NCBI GenBank assembly: GCA_964631475.1
Contig: CAZVWK010000016.1
Span: forward strand, 1 to 29,367
Origin: an uncultured Elusimicrobiaceae bacterium
GTDB lineage: Bacteria; Elusimicrobiota; Elusimicrobia; Elusimicrobiales; UBA9959
Length of the DNA stretch: 29,367 nt
Reading direction: 5' to 3'
This document shows, one piece after another, positions 17,684-29,025 of the stretch; positions within the stretch are counted from its first letter, which is position 1; every line of letters starts with the position of its first letter. Below the pieces are notes generated by a model. That model saw only the letters and a program-made list of their open reading frames with translations, was not told where the DNA came from and did not search any database. A program made the translations under genes and the position numbers.

Positions 17684-18310
17684 ATGTACTCGATGTTCAA
17701 CTTCTCCGAGGATATAAACACCGTTTTCCGCAAGGACCCGGCCGCCCGCGGCCTGCTGGAGGTCCTGACCTGCTATCCCGGCCTGCACGCGGTCTGGCTG
17801 CACCGCCCGGCTCACCGGCTCTGGGTGGCCGGCTGGCGCACGACAGCCCGGCTGGTATCGCATATAGCGCGCTTCTTCACCGGCGTGGAGATACATCCCG
17901 GCGCGACTATCGGCCGCCGCTTCTTCATAGACCACGGCATGGGTGTCGTCATAGGCGAGACTGCGGAGATAGGCGACGACGTCCTGCTCTACCAGGGCGT
18001 GGTCCTGGGCGGCACCTCGCTGGAGCATAAGAAGCGGCACCCTACGCTGGGCGACGGTGTCGTTGTGGGCGCCGGAGCGATAATACTCGGCGCCATAAAG
18101 ATCGGCGCGCGCTCCAGGGTCGGCGCGGGTTCGGTGGTGCTGCATGCCGTGCCGCCCGATAGCACTGTTTTCGGGGTTCCCGCCCACGCCCGGGCCGCCC
18201 CGGCCGAAAAGGGCACCCAGCTCGACCACGACAAGGTTTCGGACGTATGCTGGGACGAGCTCGAGGCCCTGCGGGCGGAAGTTGAAGCCCTCAGGAAGAA
18301 GGTCGGATGA
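17684..18310 (+). CDS. cysE: Serine O-acetyltransferase
   Basis: [83 protein letters not shown], left-handed beta-helix hexapeptides. The start may be ATG 17693. Confidence 0.93.
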   Translation: MYSMFNFSEDINTVFRKDPAARGLLEVLTCYPGLHAVWLHRPAHRLWVAGWRTTARLVSHIARFFTGVEIHPGATIGRRFFIDHGMGVVIGETAEIGDDVLLYQGVVLGGTSLEHKKRHPTLGDGVVVGAGAIILGAIKIGARSRVGAGSVVLHAVPPDSTVFGVPAHARAAPAEKGTQLDHDKVSDVCWDELEALRAEVEALRKKVG

Positions 18311-18350
18311 AATCCCCGGGCGTCGACCGCCTCGCGCTGGCGGCCGGCTC

Positions 18351-18809
18351 ATGAAACTGGCCACGCTCTGCTATGTCAGGCGCGGCGGCCGCACGCTGAT
18401 GCTGCACCGCGTCAAGAAGAAGGACGACGTACACGAGGGCAAGTGGAACGGGCTGGGGGGAAAGCTGGAGCCCGGCGAGAGCCCCGAGGACTGCGTCATC
18501 CGCGAGATACGCGAGGAGGCGGGGCTCCGGATAAAGAGCCCCTTGCTCAAAGGCGTCCTGACCTTCCCCGATTTCGCCAAAGGCGAGGACTGGTATGTCT
18601 TCGTATTCACCGCTTCCTCTTTTACGGGAAAGCTCATCGATTCTCCGGAGGGGGAACTGCGCTGGATCCCGGACCGCGACCTGCTCAAACTCAATCTCTG
18701 GGAAGGAGACCGGGTCTTCCTGCCCCTGCTGCGCCGCCGCGGCCATTTCTCCGGCAAGTTCCATTACCGCGCCGGCCGCCTGCTCAAATACAAAGTGGAG
18801 AAGTACTGA
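18351..18809 (+). CDS. Nudix hydrolase, MutT/8-oxo-dGTPase-like
   Basis: Nudix box GKLEPGESPEDCVIREIREEAGL. The ATG at 18351 is preferred over the upstream track start. Confidence 0.9.
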   Translation: MKLATLCYVRRGGRTLMLHRVKKKDDVHEGKWNGLGGKLEPGESPEDCVIREIREEAGLRIKSPLLKGVLTFPDFAKGEDWYVFVFTASSFTGKLIDSPEGELRWIPDRDLLKLNLWEGDRVFLPLLRRRGHFSGKFHYRAGRLLKYKVEKY

Positions 18810-18811
18810 AA

Positions 18812-19942
18812 ATGGAAAAGACTGTTAAAGCGCTGGGACTGATGAGCGGGACTTCGGCCGACGGGCTCTCCATAGCTTACTGCGCTATAAAGGGCCGCTC
18901 CCTGAAGGTGCTCAAGTCCGCCAATTACGCCTATCCGGCCGCCCTCCAGGCCCGTATAATAGCTGCCAAAGATATGCGGGCCCCCGAGCTTTCCGCGCTC
19001 AACTTCGAGCTGGGACGCCTCTGGGCCGGCATGGTCGTGAAGTTCTGCCGCGCCAAAAATGTATCGCTTAAGTCGCTGGACGTCATCGGCTCGCACGGCC
19101 AGACGGTCTGGCACGCCCCGGGCCGGAAGGGCCATACCCTGCAGATAGGCGACCCGGCTTTCCTGGCCGAGGCGGCCGGAGTACCGGTAGTTTCCGACTT
19201 CCGCCCGGCCGACATGGCCGCCGGCGGCGAGGGCGCCCCGCTGGTCCCCTTCATGGACGAATACCTATACGGCGGCGGCGCGCCCGTCGCCCTGCAGAAC
19301 ATAGGCGGCGTGGGCAACATCTCCTTCGCAGGCCGTGGCGTAAGGACTTTCGGTTTCGATACCGGCCCCGGCAATTCGCTCATGGATACGGCCGTCAGCG
19401 AACTGTCCGGCGGCAAACTCTCCTGCGACAGGGGCGGCAAGTGGGCCGCGGCCGGCGAGCCTGACCTGGAGAAGATCCGCTCCCTGCTGAGGGCCCCTTT
19501 CTTCCTGCGCAGGCCTCCCAAATCGCTGGACCGCAGCGAATATACGCTGGCTTTCATAAAGAAGAACTTCGGCGCGACGTTCGGCCTCCGCCGCTCGCGC
19601 GACCTGCTGGCCACGCTCAACGCCTTCACCGCCGCGTCTATAGCTCTGGCTTTCAGGGACCACGCTCCCCCGGGGACCCGCGAACTGGTAGTCGCCGGCG
19701 GCGGGGCGCTTAACCCGGTGCTGATGGACAATATCGCAGCCCTCCTGCTGCCGCTTGGCGCCCGGGTCCGTTCCTGCGCGGAACTGGGCCTGCACCCGCT
19801 GGCCAAGGAGCCCGCCTGCTTCGCCCTGCTGGCCGCCCTGGCCCTGGCCGGGCGCGAAAATCACTGCCCTTCGGCGACAGGCGCGCGTTCCGCCAGGGTG
19901 CTGGGCCGGATTTCGTCCCCTCTGCCCGGGCGGCGTATTTAG
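18812..19942 (+). CDS. anmK: Anhydro-N-acetylmuramic acid kinase
   Basis: ALGLMSGTSADGLSIAYC, IGSHGQTVWHAP, LQIGDPAFLAEAAGVPVVSDFRPADMAAGGEGAPLVPFMDEYL, NIGGVGNISF, FDTGPGNSLMD. The track ORF from 18443 is over-extended. Confidence 0.95.
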   Translation: MEKTVKALGLMSGTSADGLSIAYCAIKGRSLKVLKSANYAYPAALQARIIAAKDMRAPELSALNFELGRLWAGMVVKFCRAKNVSLKSLDVIGSHGQTVWHAPGRKGHTLQIGDPAFLAEAAGVPVVSDFRPADMAAGGEGAPLVPFMDEYLYGGGAPVALQNIGGVGNISFAGRGVRTFGFDTGPGNSLMDTAVSELSGGKLSCDRGGKWAAAGEPDLEKIRSLLRAPFFLRRPPKSLDRSEYTLAFIKKNFGATFGLRRSRDLLATLNAFTAASIALAFRDHAPPGTRELVVAGGGALNPVLMDNIAALLLPLGARVRSCAELGLHPLAKEPACFALLAALALAGRENHCPSATGARSARVLGRISSPLPGRRI

Positions 19943-19954
19943 TAAAATTTGATC

Positions 19955-21025
19955 ATGCCGCAAAAGCGACAGGACCCCCTGCCCGGCAACCTTAACGCCG
20001 TCCTTAAGTCGGTCTCACGGACCATCTATTTCAGCTTCAAAGTACTGCCGCCGGCGGTCCGGCCGCCGATGGCTGTCGCCTACCTCATCTGCCGCGCCAT
20101 GGATACGGCGGTGGACGCTTCTTCGGCCGCCCGGGCCGAAAAGAAGCGCTTCCTGGACCTGCTCGCCGGCATCGGCCCCGGTTTCGACGTCTCCGCCGCG
20201 GCGGCCGCCGCAGCGGCCTTCCTGCCTGGAGTCAGGCATAAGGGCGAGCGCGACCTGCTGGGCTCGATGTCCCCGGTCTTCGAGGAGGCCATGCGCCTGG
20301 GCGACCCGGACCTGGAGGCCCTGCGCGGCGTGACGGCCGGAGTGGCCGCCGGGATGGAGATGGACCTTTCATTTTTCGACGGGGCTTCGCCGGCGGCCCC
20401 GCGCGCGCTGCCGGACGACGACGCCCTGCTGCGCTATTGCGACCTGATCGGCGGCAAGCCTGGCCTTTTCTGGGCGGGCCTGTACGCGCGGCGGCTGCGG
20501 GAGGCCTTTCCGGAAGCCTCCGGCCTTCCGCTGGATACGGACGGCGGGGTCATAGGTTCCGCCCTGCAGGTGACCAATATACTGAAGGACGCGGCCGCGG
20601 ACCTCGCCATGGGGCGTTGTTATTTCCCGGCCGCCGACCTGGCCGCCCGCGGCCTGGCGCCGGCCGATCTGCGCGACCCCGGCTCTATGCGCAAGTTCAG
20701 GCCTACAGTACACAAATGGATATCCTGGGCGGTGGACCAACTGGACATCTGCGAGAAATTCGTCTCCTCCATGCCTAAATCCGAGCTGGGAATGCGGGCG
20801 GCGGTTATCTGGCCCGTCTACTGGGCCATGGATACGCTGCTGGAGGTGGCCAAAGCCAATATTCTCGATCCCAGGGCGAGGCCCAAGATAAGCAAGAAGC
20901 GCGTCTATACCACCATAGCCGCCACGCCGCCCCTGCTCTTGAGCAACACCGCTTTCACGCGCGGCTACAGGTTCAGGCGCGAGACGCTTCTGGTGGCTAT
21001 ATCCGGAACGGAGGCTCCCCTATGA
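19955..21025 (+). CDS. Squalene/phytoene synthase family prenyltransferase
   Basis: LKSVSRTIYFSFKVLPPAVRPPMAVAYLICRAMDTAVDA and GSALQVTNILKDAAADLAMGRCYFP give the two Asp-rich motifs of the family. The start could also be TTG 19949. Confidence 0.85.
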   Translation: MPQKRQDPLPGNLNAVLKSVSRTIYFSFKVLPPAVRPPMAVAYLICRAMDTAVDASSAARAEKKRFLDLLAGIGPGFDVSAAAAAAAAFLPGVRHKGERDLLGSMSPVFEEAMRLGDPDLEALRGVTAGVAAGMEMDLSFFDGASPAAPRALPDDDALLRYCDLIGGKPGLFWAGLYARRLREAFPEASGLPLDTDGGVIGSALQVTNILKDAAADLAMGRCYFPAADLAARGLAPADLRDPGSMRKFRPTVHKWISWAVDQLDICEKFVSSMPKSELGMRAAVIWPVYWAMDTLLEVAKANILDPRARPKISKKRVYTTIAATPPLLLSNTAFTRGYRFRRETLLVAISGTEAPL

Positions 21026-21510
21026 AGAACCTGCTGGCAGCCATGCTGATGCTTGCCCTCGCCGCTTGCGGCGGGCGAGGCCTGACGGACGCCGAAGCCG
21101 AGGAGCGTCGCCGGGGGGAACTGGAACTGCAGTCCGTGATGGACATGGTCGCGACCAAGCAGGTAAAGCCGATAGAGTTCGAGTTCAACTCGGACGTGCT
21201 GCGGCCCAGTTCCCGGGACCTGCTCGACCGCGTCGCCGAAGTGCTCAGGAACCGCCCCCGGCTCAAGCTGATAGTCGAAGGCCATACGGACGACGTCGGC
21301 GACGACGGGTACAACATGGAACTTTCCCGCTACCGGGCCGACTCGGTCAAGAACTATCTGGTAGGGAAGGGCATACACCCCGAGACCGTACGCGCCATCG
21401 GCTACGGCGAGACCAGGCCGGTCAGCCCCGGAAAAACGGAAAAGGACCGCGCGCTGAATCGCCGCGTCGAGTTCAGGATAACCACCCGCGACTGGGGGAC
21501 CGTTTTTTGA
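21022..21510 (+). CDS. OmpA/Pal-like lipoprotein
   Basis: Lipobox LALAACGG, IEFEFNSDVLRPSSRDLLDRVAEVL, LIVEGHTDDVGDDGYNMELSRYRADSVKNYLVGKGI, ALNRRVEFRI. Confidence 0.9.
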   Translation: MKNLLAAMLMLALAACGGRGLTDAEAEERRRGELELQSVMDMVATKQVKPIEFEFNSDVLRPSSRDLLDRVAEVLRNRPRLKLIVEGHTDDVGDDGYNMELSRYRADSVKNYLVGKGIHPETVRAIGYGETRPVSPGKTEKDRALNRRVEFRITTRDWGTVF

Positions 21511-21531
21511 GGCCTGCCGCATATCAAAAAG

Positions 21532-21560
21532 AAAACCCCGCCGAGAGGCGGGGTTTTTTT
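21532..21560. terminator. Bidirectional terminator between convergent genes
   Basis: AAAACCCCGCC-GAGA-GGCGGGGTTTTTTT. Confidence 0.9.
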
Positions 21561-21578
21561 ATCCTTCGACCGGAGGCT

Positions 21579-22958
21579 CTAGAGTTTGCGGAACTTCTTT
21601 TTGCGCCTGGCCTCCAGCCTGACATTATGCTTGTACTTGTAGTCGAACTTCCCGGGCCGGCCCTGCGGCGGCGGCGGTTCCTGCCATTCGAACTCCCAGC
21701 CCTCCACCGAGACGATATCGCCTTCGGCCGCGCCGGCTTTTTTGAGAGCCTTGTCCAGGCCTATGCCCTTGAAGATGCGGCGCAGGCGTTCGAGCGAGTC
21801 CGGCTGGCCGAAATTGGTCATGGCCAGCAGGGTCTTCAGCCGCGGCCCGCGCACGTTCCAGCGGTTGGCCCCTGAGCCCTCCACCCGGAAGCCCCTGTCC
21901 ATCTTAAGCTCCAGCACCGGGCCCTTCTCCTCGGGTTTGTAGAGCTCCGGCACGGGCAGCGAGGGCAGCAGCTCGATGACGCGGTCCAGGAGCTTGGAGA
22001 CTCCCTCCCCGGTGACGCCGGAGATAAGGAACACCTCGTCCTTTTTATACTTCTTCTTTATGGCCGCGTAAGCCTTGGCGGCCTCCGGCAGGTCGGCCTT
22101 GGTTACGGCCAGCAGCCGCTTCCTCGCTCCCAGTTCAGGGTTGAATTCGGAGAGCTCGGAGGCTATGACCTTCACGCTTTTCTCCGGGGTCACCCCGCCG
22201 AACCCCTGCGGGTCCACCAGCTGTATGATGAGGCGGGTGCGCAGTATGTGGCGGAGGAAATCGTCGCCGAGGCCCTTGCCCTCGTGGGCGCCTTCGATCA
22301 GGCCCGGTATGTCGGCCACGACGAAGCCCGCGTACTTGTGCGTGACCACGCCGAGGTTGGGGTTTAGCGTGGTGAAGGGGTAGGCCGCTATCTTGGGCCG
22401 GGCCGCGCTGACCCGCGAGATCAGCGTGGACTTGCCGGCGTTGGGAAAACCCGCCAGGCCGACGTCGGCCAGCAGGCTCAGTTCCAGGTCCAGCGTGGCC
22501 TCCTCTCCGGGCTCTCCCTTTTCGGAGATCATGGGCGCGGTGTTGAAATGGGTCTTGAACATGGCGTTGCCGCGCCCGCCGCGGCCGCCCTTGGCGGCCA
22601 GGAAAGAATCCCCTTCTTTTTTAAGGTCGGCCACCACCTGGCCGCCCTTCAGGACCAGCGTGCCGGGGGGGACCGGGACCACGGTGCCCTCGCCGTTGCG
22701 GCCGTAAAGGTTCTTGCCCTTGCCGTTGCCGCCGTCCGCGGCCGCCACGTGCGGATGGAAGGAGAGCTCGGTGAGGGTGTTGCAGCCGATCGAGGCACGG
22801 AGGATTATGTCCCCGCCGTTGCCGCCGTTGCCGCCATTGGGGCCGCCGTAGGGGATGTATTTTTCGCGCCGCATGGAGGCGCAGCCGTCGCCGCCCTTGC
22901 CGGCCTTGAGGAATATCCTGACCTGGTCCACGAATCCGCCGCGTTCTCTTTCAGCCAT
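21579..22958 (-). CDS. obgE: Obg family GTPase with C-terminal OCT domain
   Basis: FVDQVRIFLKAGKGGDGCASMRREKYIPYGGPNGGNGGNGGDI, GFPNAGKSTLISRVSAARPKIAAYPFTTLNPNLGVV, DIPGLIEGAHEGKGLG. Confidence 0.97.
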   Translation of the reverse strand: MAERERGGFVDQVRIFLKAGKGGDGCASMRREKYIPYGGPNGGNGGNGGDIILRASIGCNTLTELSFHPHVAAADGGNGKGKNLYGRNGEGTVVPVPPGTLVLKGGQVVADLKKEGDSFLAAKGGRGGRGNAMFKTHFNTAPMISEKGEPGEEATLDLELSLLADVGLAGFPNAGKSTLISRVSAARPKIAAYPFTTLNPNLGVVTHKYAGFVVADIPGLIEGAHEGKGLGDDFLRHILRTRLIIQLVDPQGFGGVTPEKSVKVIASELSEFNPELGARKRLLAVTKADLPEAAKAYAAIKKKYKKDEVFLISGVTGEGVSKLLDRVIELLPSLPVPELYKPEEKGPVLELKMDRGFRVEGSGANRWNVRGPRLKTLLAMTNFGQPDSLERLRRIFKGIGLDKALKKAGAAEGDIVSVEGWEFEWQEPPPPQGRPGKFDYKYKHNVRLEARRKKKFRKL

Positions 22959-22984
22959 ATGGATTGCCGCCGTTCTTCCCTTTC

Positions 22985-23020
22985 AAAAAAAAACCTCCCA
23001 ACCGGAAGTCGGGAGGTTTT
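22985..23020 (-). terminator. Terminator/attenuator between rpmA and obgE
   Basis: On the minus strand AAAACCTCCC...GGGAGGTTTTTTTTT. Confidence 0.8.
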
Positions 23021-23037
23021 CGTCCTGGACGCGCTCC

Positions 23038-23301
23038 TTACTTGGAGGCGGCCGGGTAGACGCTGATTTGCTTCTTGCCCTTGCTGTGCCACTCGAACTT
23101 GACGACGCCGGCGGCCTTGGCGAACAGCGTGTCGTCCGAGCCCTTGCCCACGTTTAGGCCGGGGTGGAACTTGGTGCCGCGCTGGCGCACTATGACCTCG
23201 CCGGCCTTGACTAACTGGTCGCCGTAGCGCTTGACGCCCAGCCTTTGGCCGTGACTGTCGCGCCCGTTTGTCGATGAACCCTGTGATTTTGTTCCGGCCA
23301 T
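23038..23301 (-). CDS. rpmA: 50S ribosomal protein L27
   Basis: [61 protein letters not shown]. Confidence 0.97.
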   Translation of the reverse strand: MAGTKSQGSSTNGRDSHGQRLGVKRYGDQLVKAGEVIVRQRGTKFHPGLNVGKGSDDTLFAKAAGVVKFEWHSKGKKQISVYPAASK

Positions 23302-23326
23302 TTCTTTACCTCTTTAAAAGCCGTCC

Positions 23327-23638
23327 TCAGGACAGCTGTATATCCTTGATCTGGAGCTCGGTGAGCCCCTGGCGGTGCCCGGCGGTCTTCTCGTAGGCCT
23401 TCTTGGGCCGGCGCTTGAAGACTATCACCCTGGGACCGCGCAGATGGCGAAGCACCTTGGCCGTAACCTTGGCGGAGAGGGGATTGGCGCCGGCTTTTTC
23501 CTCCGTGCCGGAGGCCGCTGACCAGAGGGCCTTTATGCTTATCTCCTCGCCTTCCTTGGCCGAGAGCTTCTCAACCTGTAAAATCTCACCGGGTACTACC
23601 CAGTACTGTTTCCCGCCTGTCTGTATAATAGCGTACAT
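23327..23638 (-). CDS. rplU: 50S ribosomal protein L21
   Basis: MYAIIQTGGKQYWVVPGEILQVEKL...FKRRPKKAYEKTAGHRQGLTELQIKDI. The start is reset to ATG 23638, not track start 23752. Confidence 0.95.
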   Translation of the reverse strand: MYAIIQTGGKQYWVVPGEILQVEKLSAKEGEEISIKALWSAASGTEEKAGANPLSAKVTAKVLRHLRGPRVIVFKRRPKKAYEKTAGHRQGLTELQIKDIQLS

Positions 23639-23830
23639 AGTGGAGATATGATACCAAAAAACGCGGAGGGACGCAAAGGCGCTCTCACGGCCTGTCACGG
23701 CCCCCATCCGCGCGTCCGGCAGTGGGCCTCTTGGCCCGCCCGGGTAGGACATTAGCCACTTACGGCCGGCCCCCCAAGACTGTATAATTTAAGCACAGCC
23801 CGGAGCTCGCAGTCAATATTGGAGACAAAA

Positions 23831-24328
23831 ATGGAAAAAAGTTCCGCTTTCCACGTGAAGATCTTCGCCGCCGCCGTTCTCGCGACGGCTTTTTCCTGTT
23901 CCGCCGCCTCAGCCGCCGGCAGCGTTGAGGAACTGAAGCCCGCCGCGTCAGCGGGGGACACCATGCGGCATGGTGTCCCGATACCACCCGCCCGCACCGC
24001 CTTCGACGAATTCAACGTGATCAACGACCCCCTTTACCGGCAGGGTTCCATTGAGTTCCTGAAAAAAGCGGCGGAAGGGGAGAAGGCGGGGAAAAAGAGC
24101 GAGTCCCCTGATAAATCCCCCGCGGCGCCCGCCGGCGTCAGGGAAAAAGCCGCGCCGGCCTCGGATAAAGACGTCCGCCCCGCGAATATCCGCCCCGCGA
24201 ATGTACGTCCCGCCGACCTGCGCGACGCTCCTTCCGGGGTACGCCGGGGACTGCCGGCCCCGAGGAGCAAGCCGCCGGACCCCAGGCCCCTGCCCGCCGA
24301 TCCCTTAGCTCCCAGGAAAACTTCCTGA
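23831..24328 (+). CDS. Secreted hypothetical protein with low-complexity Pro/Arg/Ala tail
   Basis: MEKSSAFHVKIFAAAVLATAFSCSAASAAG signal-like start. A TATAAT box lies at 23783-23788. No family recognised. Confidence 0.6.
   Translation: MEKSSAFHVKIFAAAVLATAFSCSAASAAGSVEELKPAASAGDTMRHGVPIPPARTAFDEFNVINDPLYRQGSIEFLKKAAEGEKAGKKSESPDKSPAAPAGVREKAAPASDKDVRPANIRPANVRPADLRDAPSGVRRGLPAPRSKPPDPRPLPADPLAPRKTS
24173..24217 (+). repeat. 3 x 15-bp imperfect tandem repeat encoding VRPAN-IRPAN-VRPAD
   Basis: GTCCGCCCCGCGAAT / ATCCGCCCCGCGAAT / GTACGTCCCGCCGAC. Confidence 0.85.
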
Positions 24329-24345
24329 CCCCGCTCCGGGTTCCC

Positions 24346-24376
24346 GCCCCGTCCGCATGAGCGGGCGGGGCTTCTT
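24346..24376 (+). terminator. Candidate terminator (weak T tract)
   Basis: GCCCCGTCCGC-ATGA-GCGGGCGGGGC followed by TTCTT. Confidence 0.5.
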
Positions 24377-24450
24377 ACGGCCGCTTTGAACCCCCGCCGC
24401 ATAAAGTAATAGAATAAGGCCTCACGGATCCAAGGAGGACAGCCCAAGCC

Positions 24451-25131
24451 ATGCTAAAAGACATTTCCGACCTTTTCGTGCAGCCGGTGCTCAACGTCTG
24501 GCATATTTTCGCCACCTATCTGCCCAATATCATCGCGGCCCTGATCTTCATACTTTTCGGGCTTTTCATGGCCAGGGTCCTGAGCTCCGTGGCCGAGAAC
24601 TTCCTGTGCCGCATAAAGCTCGATTCCTACACCAGCCGGGTCGGCGTCAACGAGGTCCTGGCCCGCTTCGGCCTCGGCAAGTCTCTGGTCACCGTGATCG
24701 GCCTGGTCATCTACTGGTCGCTGATACTGGTGTTCTTTGTCTCGGCCGCGAACGTCCTCAATCTCACCGTCATCTCCGCCATACTCGAGCGCTTCGTCAT
24801 GGACTTCATGCCCAGGATAATCGCCGCCATCTTCATAGGCTTCGGCGGTCTGCTGTTCGCCAAGTTCCTGGGCGAGGTGGTCCTCAACTCTGCCACCGCC
24901 AACAACCTCCGGGGAGGGCGCCTGCTCTCCCAGATAGTCTATTTCACCGTCATCGTCTTCGCCGCGATAGTGGCGCTCGAGCAGATGGGCATAGAGATGA
25001 AGGTCATCCGTTCCAGCCTCAACATCATACTCGGTTCGCTGGGCCTGGCCTTCGCCATCGCCTTCGGGCTGGGCGCCAAGGACGCGGCCGCCTCGCTGAT
25101 AAAGACCGCCTTCCAGGACGATAAGAAGTAG
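24451..25131 (+). CDS. Small membrane protein with TM-helix repeats, MscS-family-like
   Basis: LPNIIAALIFILFGLFMARVLSSVAENFL...MPRIIAAIFIGFGGLLFAKFLGEVVLNS...SSLNIILGSLGLAFAIAFGLGAKDAAASLI. AAGGAGG RBS. Confidence 0.8.
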   Translation: MLKDISDLFVQPVLNVWHIFATYLPNIIAALIFILFGLFMARVLSSVAENFLCRIKLDSYTSRVGVNEVLARFGLGKSLVTVIGLVIYWSLILVFFVSAANVLNLTVISAILERFVMDFMPRIIAAIFIGFGGLLFAKFLGEVVLNSATANNLRGGRLLSQIVYFTVIVFAAIVALEQMGIEMKVIRSSLNIILGSLGLAFAIAFGLGAKDAAASLIKTAFQDDKK

Positions 25132-25150
25132 CGGCCCCGCTCCGCCAGGG

Positions 25151-25188
25151 AAAAAAGGCCCCGGGCGCTGCCCGGGGCCTTTTTTTTA
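25151..25188. terminator. Bidirectional terminator between convergent genes
   Basis: AAAAAAGGCCCCGGGC-GCT-GCCCGGGGCCTTTTTTTT, perfect 10-bp stem. Confidence 0.93.
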
Positions 25189-25207
25189 GTCCGACGGCTG
25201 CCGGCGC

Positions 25208-26917
<1,710 letters not shown>

Positions 26918-26927
26918 TTCTTTCTCC

Positions 26928-28700
26928 TTACTTTTTCTTTCCGGGGGAGGACTTTATCTCCGCCGTGAGTTCCTGGAATTCTCTGAGCTGGTCCGGGCCG
27001 AGGGAGGCCATGGAAGATTTGAGCTCCTTCCAGCGCCGTTCCCGGGCGAACCGGGTTATCATTTCCGCTGTCTTGCGCACGTCCGCGGCCGGGTCGGATT
27101 CCGACTCCAGCTCCTGCACCGAAAGCTTCATCACCAGCGCCGCGGCCTCCGGGTTGTCCCCGGCCAGCGACGCCGAAAGTTCGGCGGGAGAGGCCGACGG
27201 CGCGGCGCGCATGGCCGCCAGTACGGCCCGGGAGTCGCGGTGGGAAAGGTGCTCGTCCGGGAGTTCCCCGATATGGCCGAAGAGGCCGGGATTCCTGAGC
27301 AGGAGCTGCAGGAAGCCCAGCTCTATGGCCGGCGGCAGGTCGGCGGGCGCTTCGGCCGGCCGCTCGGGCCTGACGTGTCCGCCCGGGTCCGACTTGGAGA
27401 GCTGGCGGGCCAGGGCCTCCTCCGGCACGGCGAGTTTAGCCGCAATTATCCTGAGCCATTCGCTCTTGACTATCTCGTCGCGCTGGCGGCCCACCGTGTC
27501 CAGGAGCTTGGCGGCCAGCCGCGCTTTGTCCTGCGAGGAAAGCTTGTCGGCGCCGCCGGGGGCCAGGAGGCGCAGCTTGAACTCGACCGGGTCCATCCCG
27601 GAAACGAGGCGCTTCTCCAGTTCGGCCGCGCCGGACTTCACCGCCAGCTCGTCCGGGTCCTTGGCGGGGGAAAAATCCGCGGCTTTGACGTAGAGGCCGG
27701 CGTCCATGAAGATCTCGGCGGCGCGCACGGCCGCGTTCCTGCCGGCGGTGTCGGAATCGAAAGCCACCGTTATCTCCGCCGAGTAGCGGGAGAGCTGGTG
27801 GGCGTGGTCGGAGGTCAGCGCCGTGCCCAGCGGGGCCACGGCGAAGGCGGCCCCGGCCTGGTGGCAGGCGATGACGTCCATGTATCCTTCCACCACGGCC
27901 ACACGGGCCTTCTTGCGAATTTCGGGGAGGGCCTCGTAGAGGCCGTAAAGGGTGCGCCGCTTGGGAAAGAGGACGGTTTCCGGCGAGTTGAGATACTTGG
28001 GCTCAGAGGAGTCCAGTACGCGGCCGCCGAAGGCGATGACTTCGCCCGCCGGGTTGCGTATGGGGAACATGACCCGCTCGCGGAAATAGTCCCCGACCCT
28101 GCCGCCGTCGCGGGTGGAGGCCAGGCCGGCCATGAAGAGGAGGTCGGCGGAGAAGCCGCGCGCCTTGAGCTCCCTAGCCACCGGCGCGTCGCCGCCGGGC
28201 GCCCAGCCCAGCATGAACCGCTCTATCGTTTTGTCCGAGAGCTGGCGGTCGCGCAGGTAGGCCAGCGCGGTCTTTCCAGACGAGGAGAACAGGAACTTGG
28301 AGTAGAGCGCCGCGGCGGCGGCCATTAGCTTCTTGAGCTCCGTGCGCTCCTTCTCGCGGGCGGAGAGGGAACCATCCTTATCGCGCTTCCATTCCACGCC
28401 GGCCCGCTGGGCCAGCCGCTCGGCGGCCTCGGGAAAGCTGAGGCCTTCTATCTCGCGCAGGAAAGTGAACACGTCCCCGCCCTTGTTGCAGCCGAAGCAG
28501 TAGAAGATCTGCTTGTCCTGGCTGACGGTGAAAGAGGGCGTGCGCTCGCTGTGGAACGGGCAGCAGGCCTTGAAGTTCCGGCCCGCCTGTTTCAGGGAGG
28601 GGACATAGTCGCGCACGAGGTCGACTATGTCGACCCTGGTGCGGATCTCGTTTATGGGGTCCTCGGGGCGCATCCGTTCTTCCTGAAGGATAAGGCGCAA
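26928..28700 (-). CDS. dnaG: DNA primase
   Basis: Zinc finger [59 protein letters not shown] and [18 protein letters not shown]. Confidence 0.97.
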   Translation of the reverse strand: MRLILQEERMRPEDPINEIRTRVDIVDLVRDYVPSLKQAGRNFKACCPFHSERTPSFTVSQDKQIFYCFGCNKGGDVFTFLREIEGLSFPEAAERLAQRAGVEWKRDKDGSLSAREKERTELKKLMAAAAALYSKFLFSSSGKTALAYLRDRQLSDKTIERFMLGWAPGGDAPVARELKARGFSADLLFMAGLASTRDGGRVGDYFRERVMFPIRNPAGEVIAFGGRVLDSSEPKYLNSPETVLFPKRRTLYGLYEALPEIRKKARVAVVEGYMDVIACHQAGAAFAVAPLGTALTSDHAHQLSRYSAEITVAFDSDTAGRNAAVRAAEIFMDAGLYVKAADFSPAKDPDELAVKSGAAELEKRLVSGMDPVEFKLRLLAPGGADKLSSQDKARLAAKLLDTVGRQRDEIVKSEWLRIIAAKLAVPEEALARQLSKSDPGGHVRPERPAEAPADLPPAIELGFLQLLLRNPGLFGHIGELPDEHLSHRDSRAVLAAMRAAPSASPAELSASLAGDNPEAAALVMKLSVQELESESDPAADVRKTAEMITRFARERRWKELKSSMASLGPDQLREFQELTAEIKSSPGKKK

Positions 28701-28785
28701 CGCCTTCCCCCCGGCGGGGGGAAGGCGCTGCGCAACCGCTTTTTTTAGCTGGGCCCGCGCCGCAGTAGCCGCGGGCCGGGGGCGC

Positions 28786-28974
28786 TCAATAGCGCCGGCC
28801 CTTGCGCATCTTGCGCCGGGCTTCCTGGGACTTGAGCTTGCGCTTGGCGCCGGGGGACATATAATGCTCCCTGCGCTTTATCTCCTTGAGGATACCGTTG
28901 CGCTCGCACTCGTGCTTGAAGCGCCTCAGGGCTTCCTCTACGGATTCTTCGTCGCGTACTTTTACGAATACCAC
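28786..28974 (-). CDS. rpsU: 30S ribosomal protein S21
   Basis: MVFVKVRDEESVEEALRRFKHECERNGILKEIKRREHYMSPGAKRKLKSQEARRKMRK. Confidence 0.95.
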   Translation of the reverse strand: MVFVKVRDEESVEEALRRFKHECERNGILKEIKRREHYMSPGAKRKLKSQEARRKMRKGRRY

Positions 28975-29025
28975 GTTATCACCACCTTGTCGCGTGAACC
29001 GTCGTTGTCAAATCTTTTTCGCCGC

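Noticed and set aside
18443-18811. N-terminal extension of the anmK track ORF
   Set aside because: It overlaps the Nudix gene out of frame and is Arg/Pro-rich. The conserved AnmK N-terminus starts at ATG 18812.
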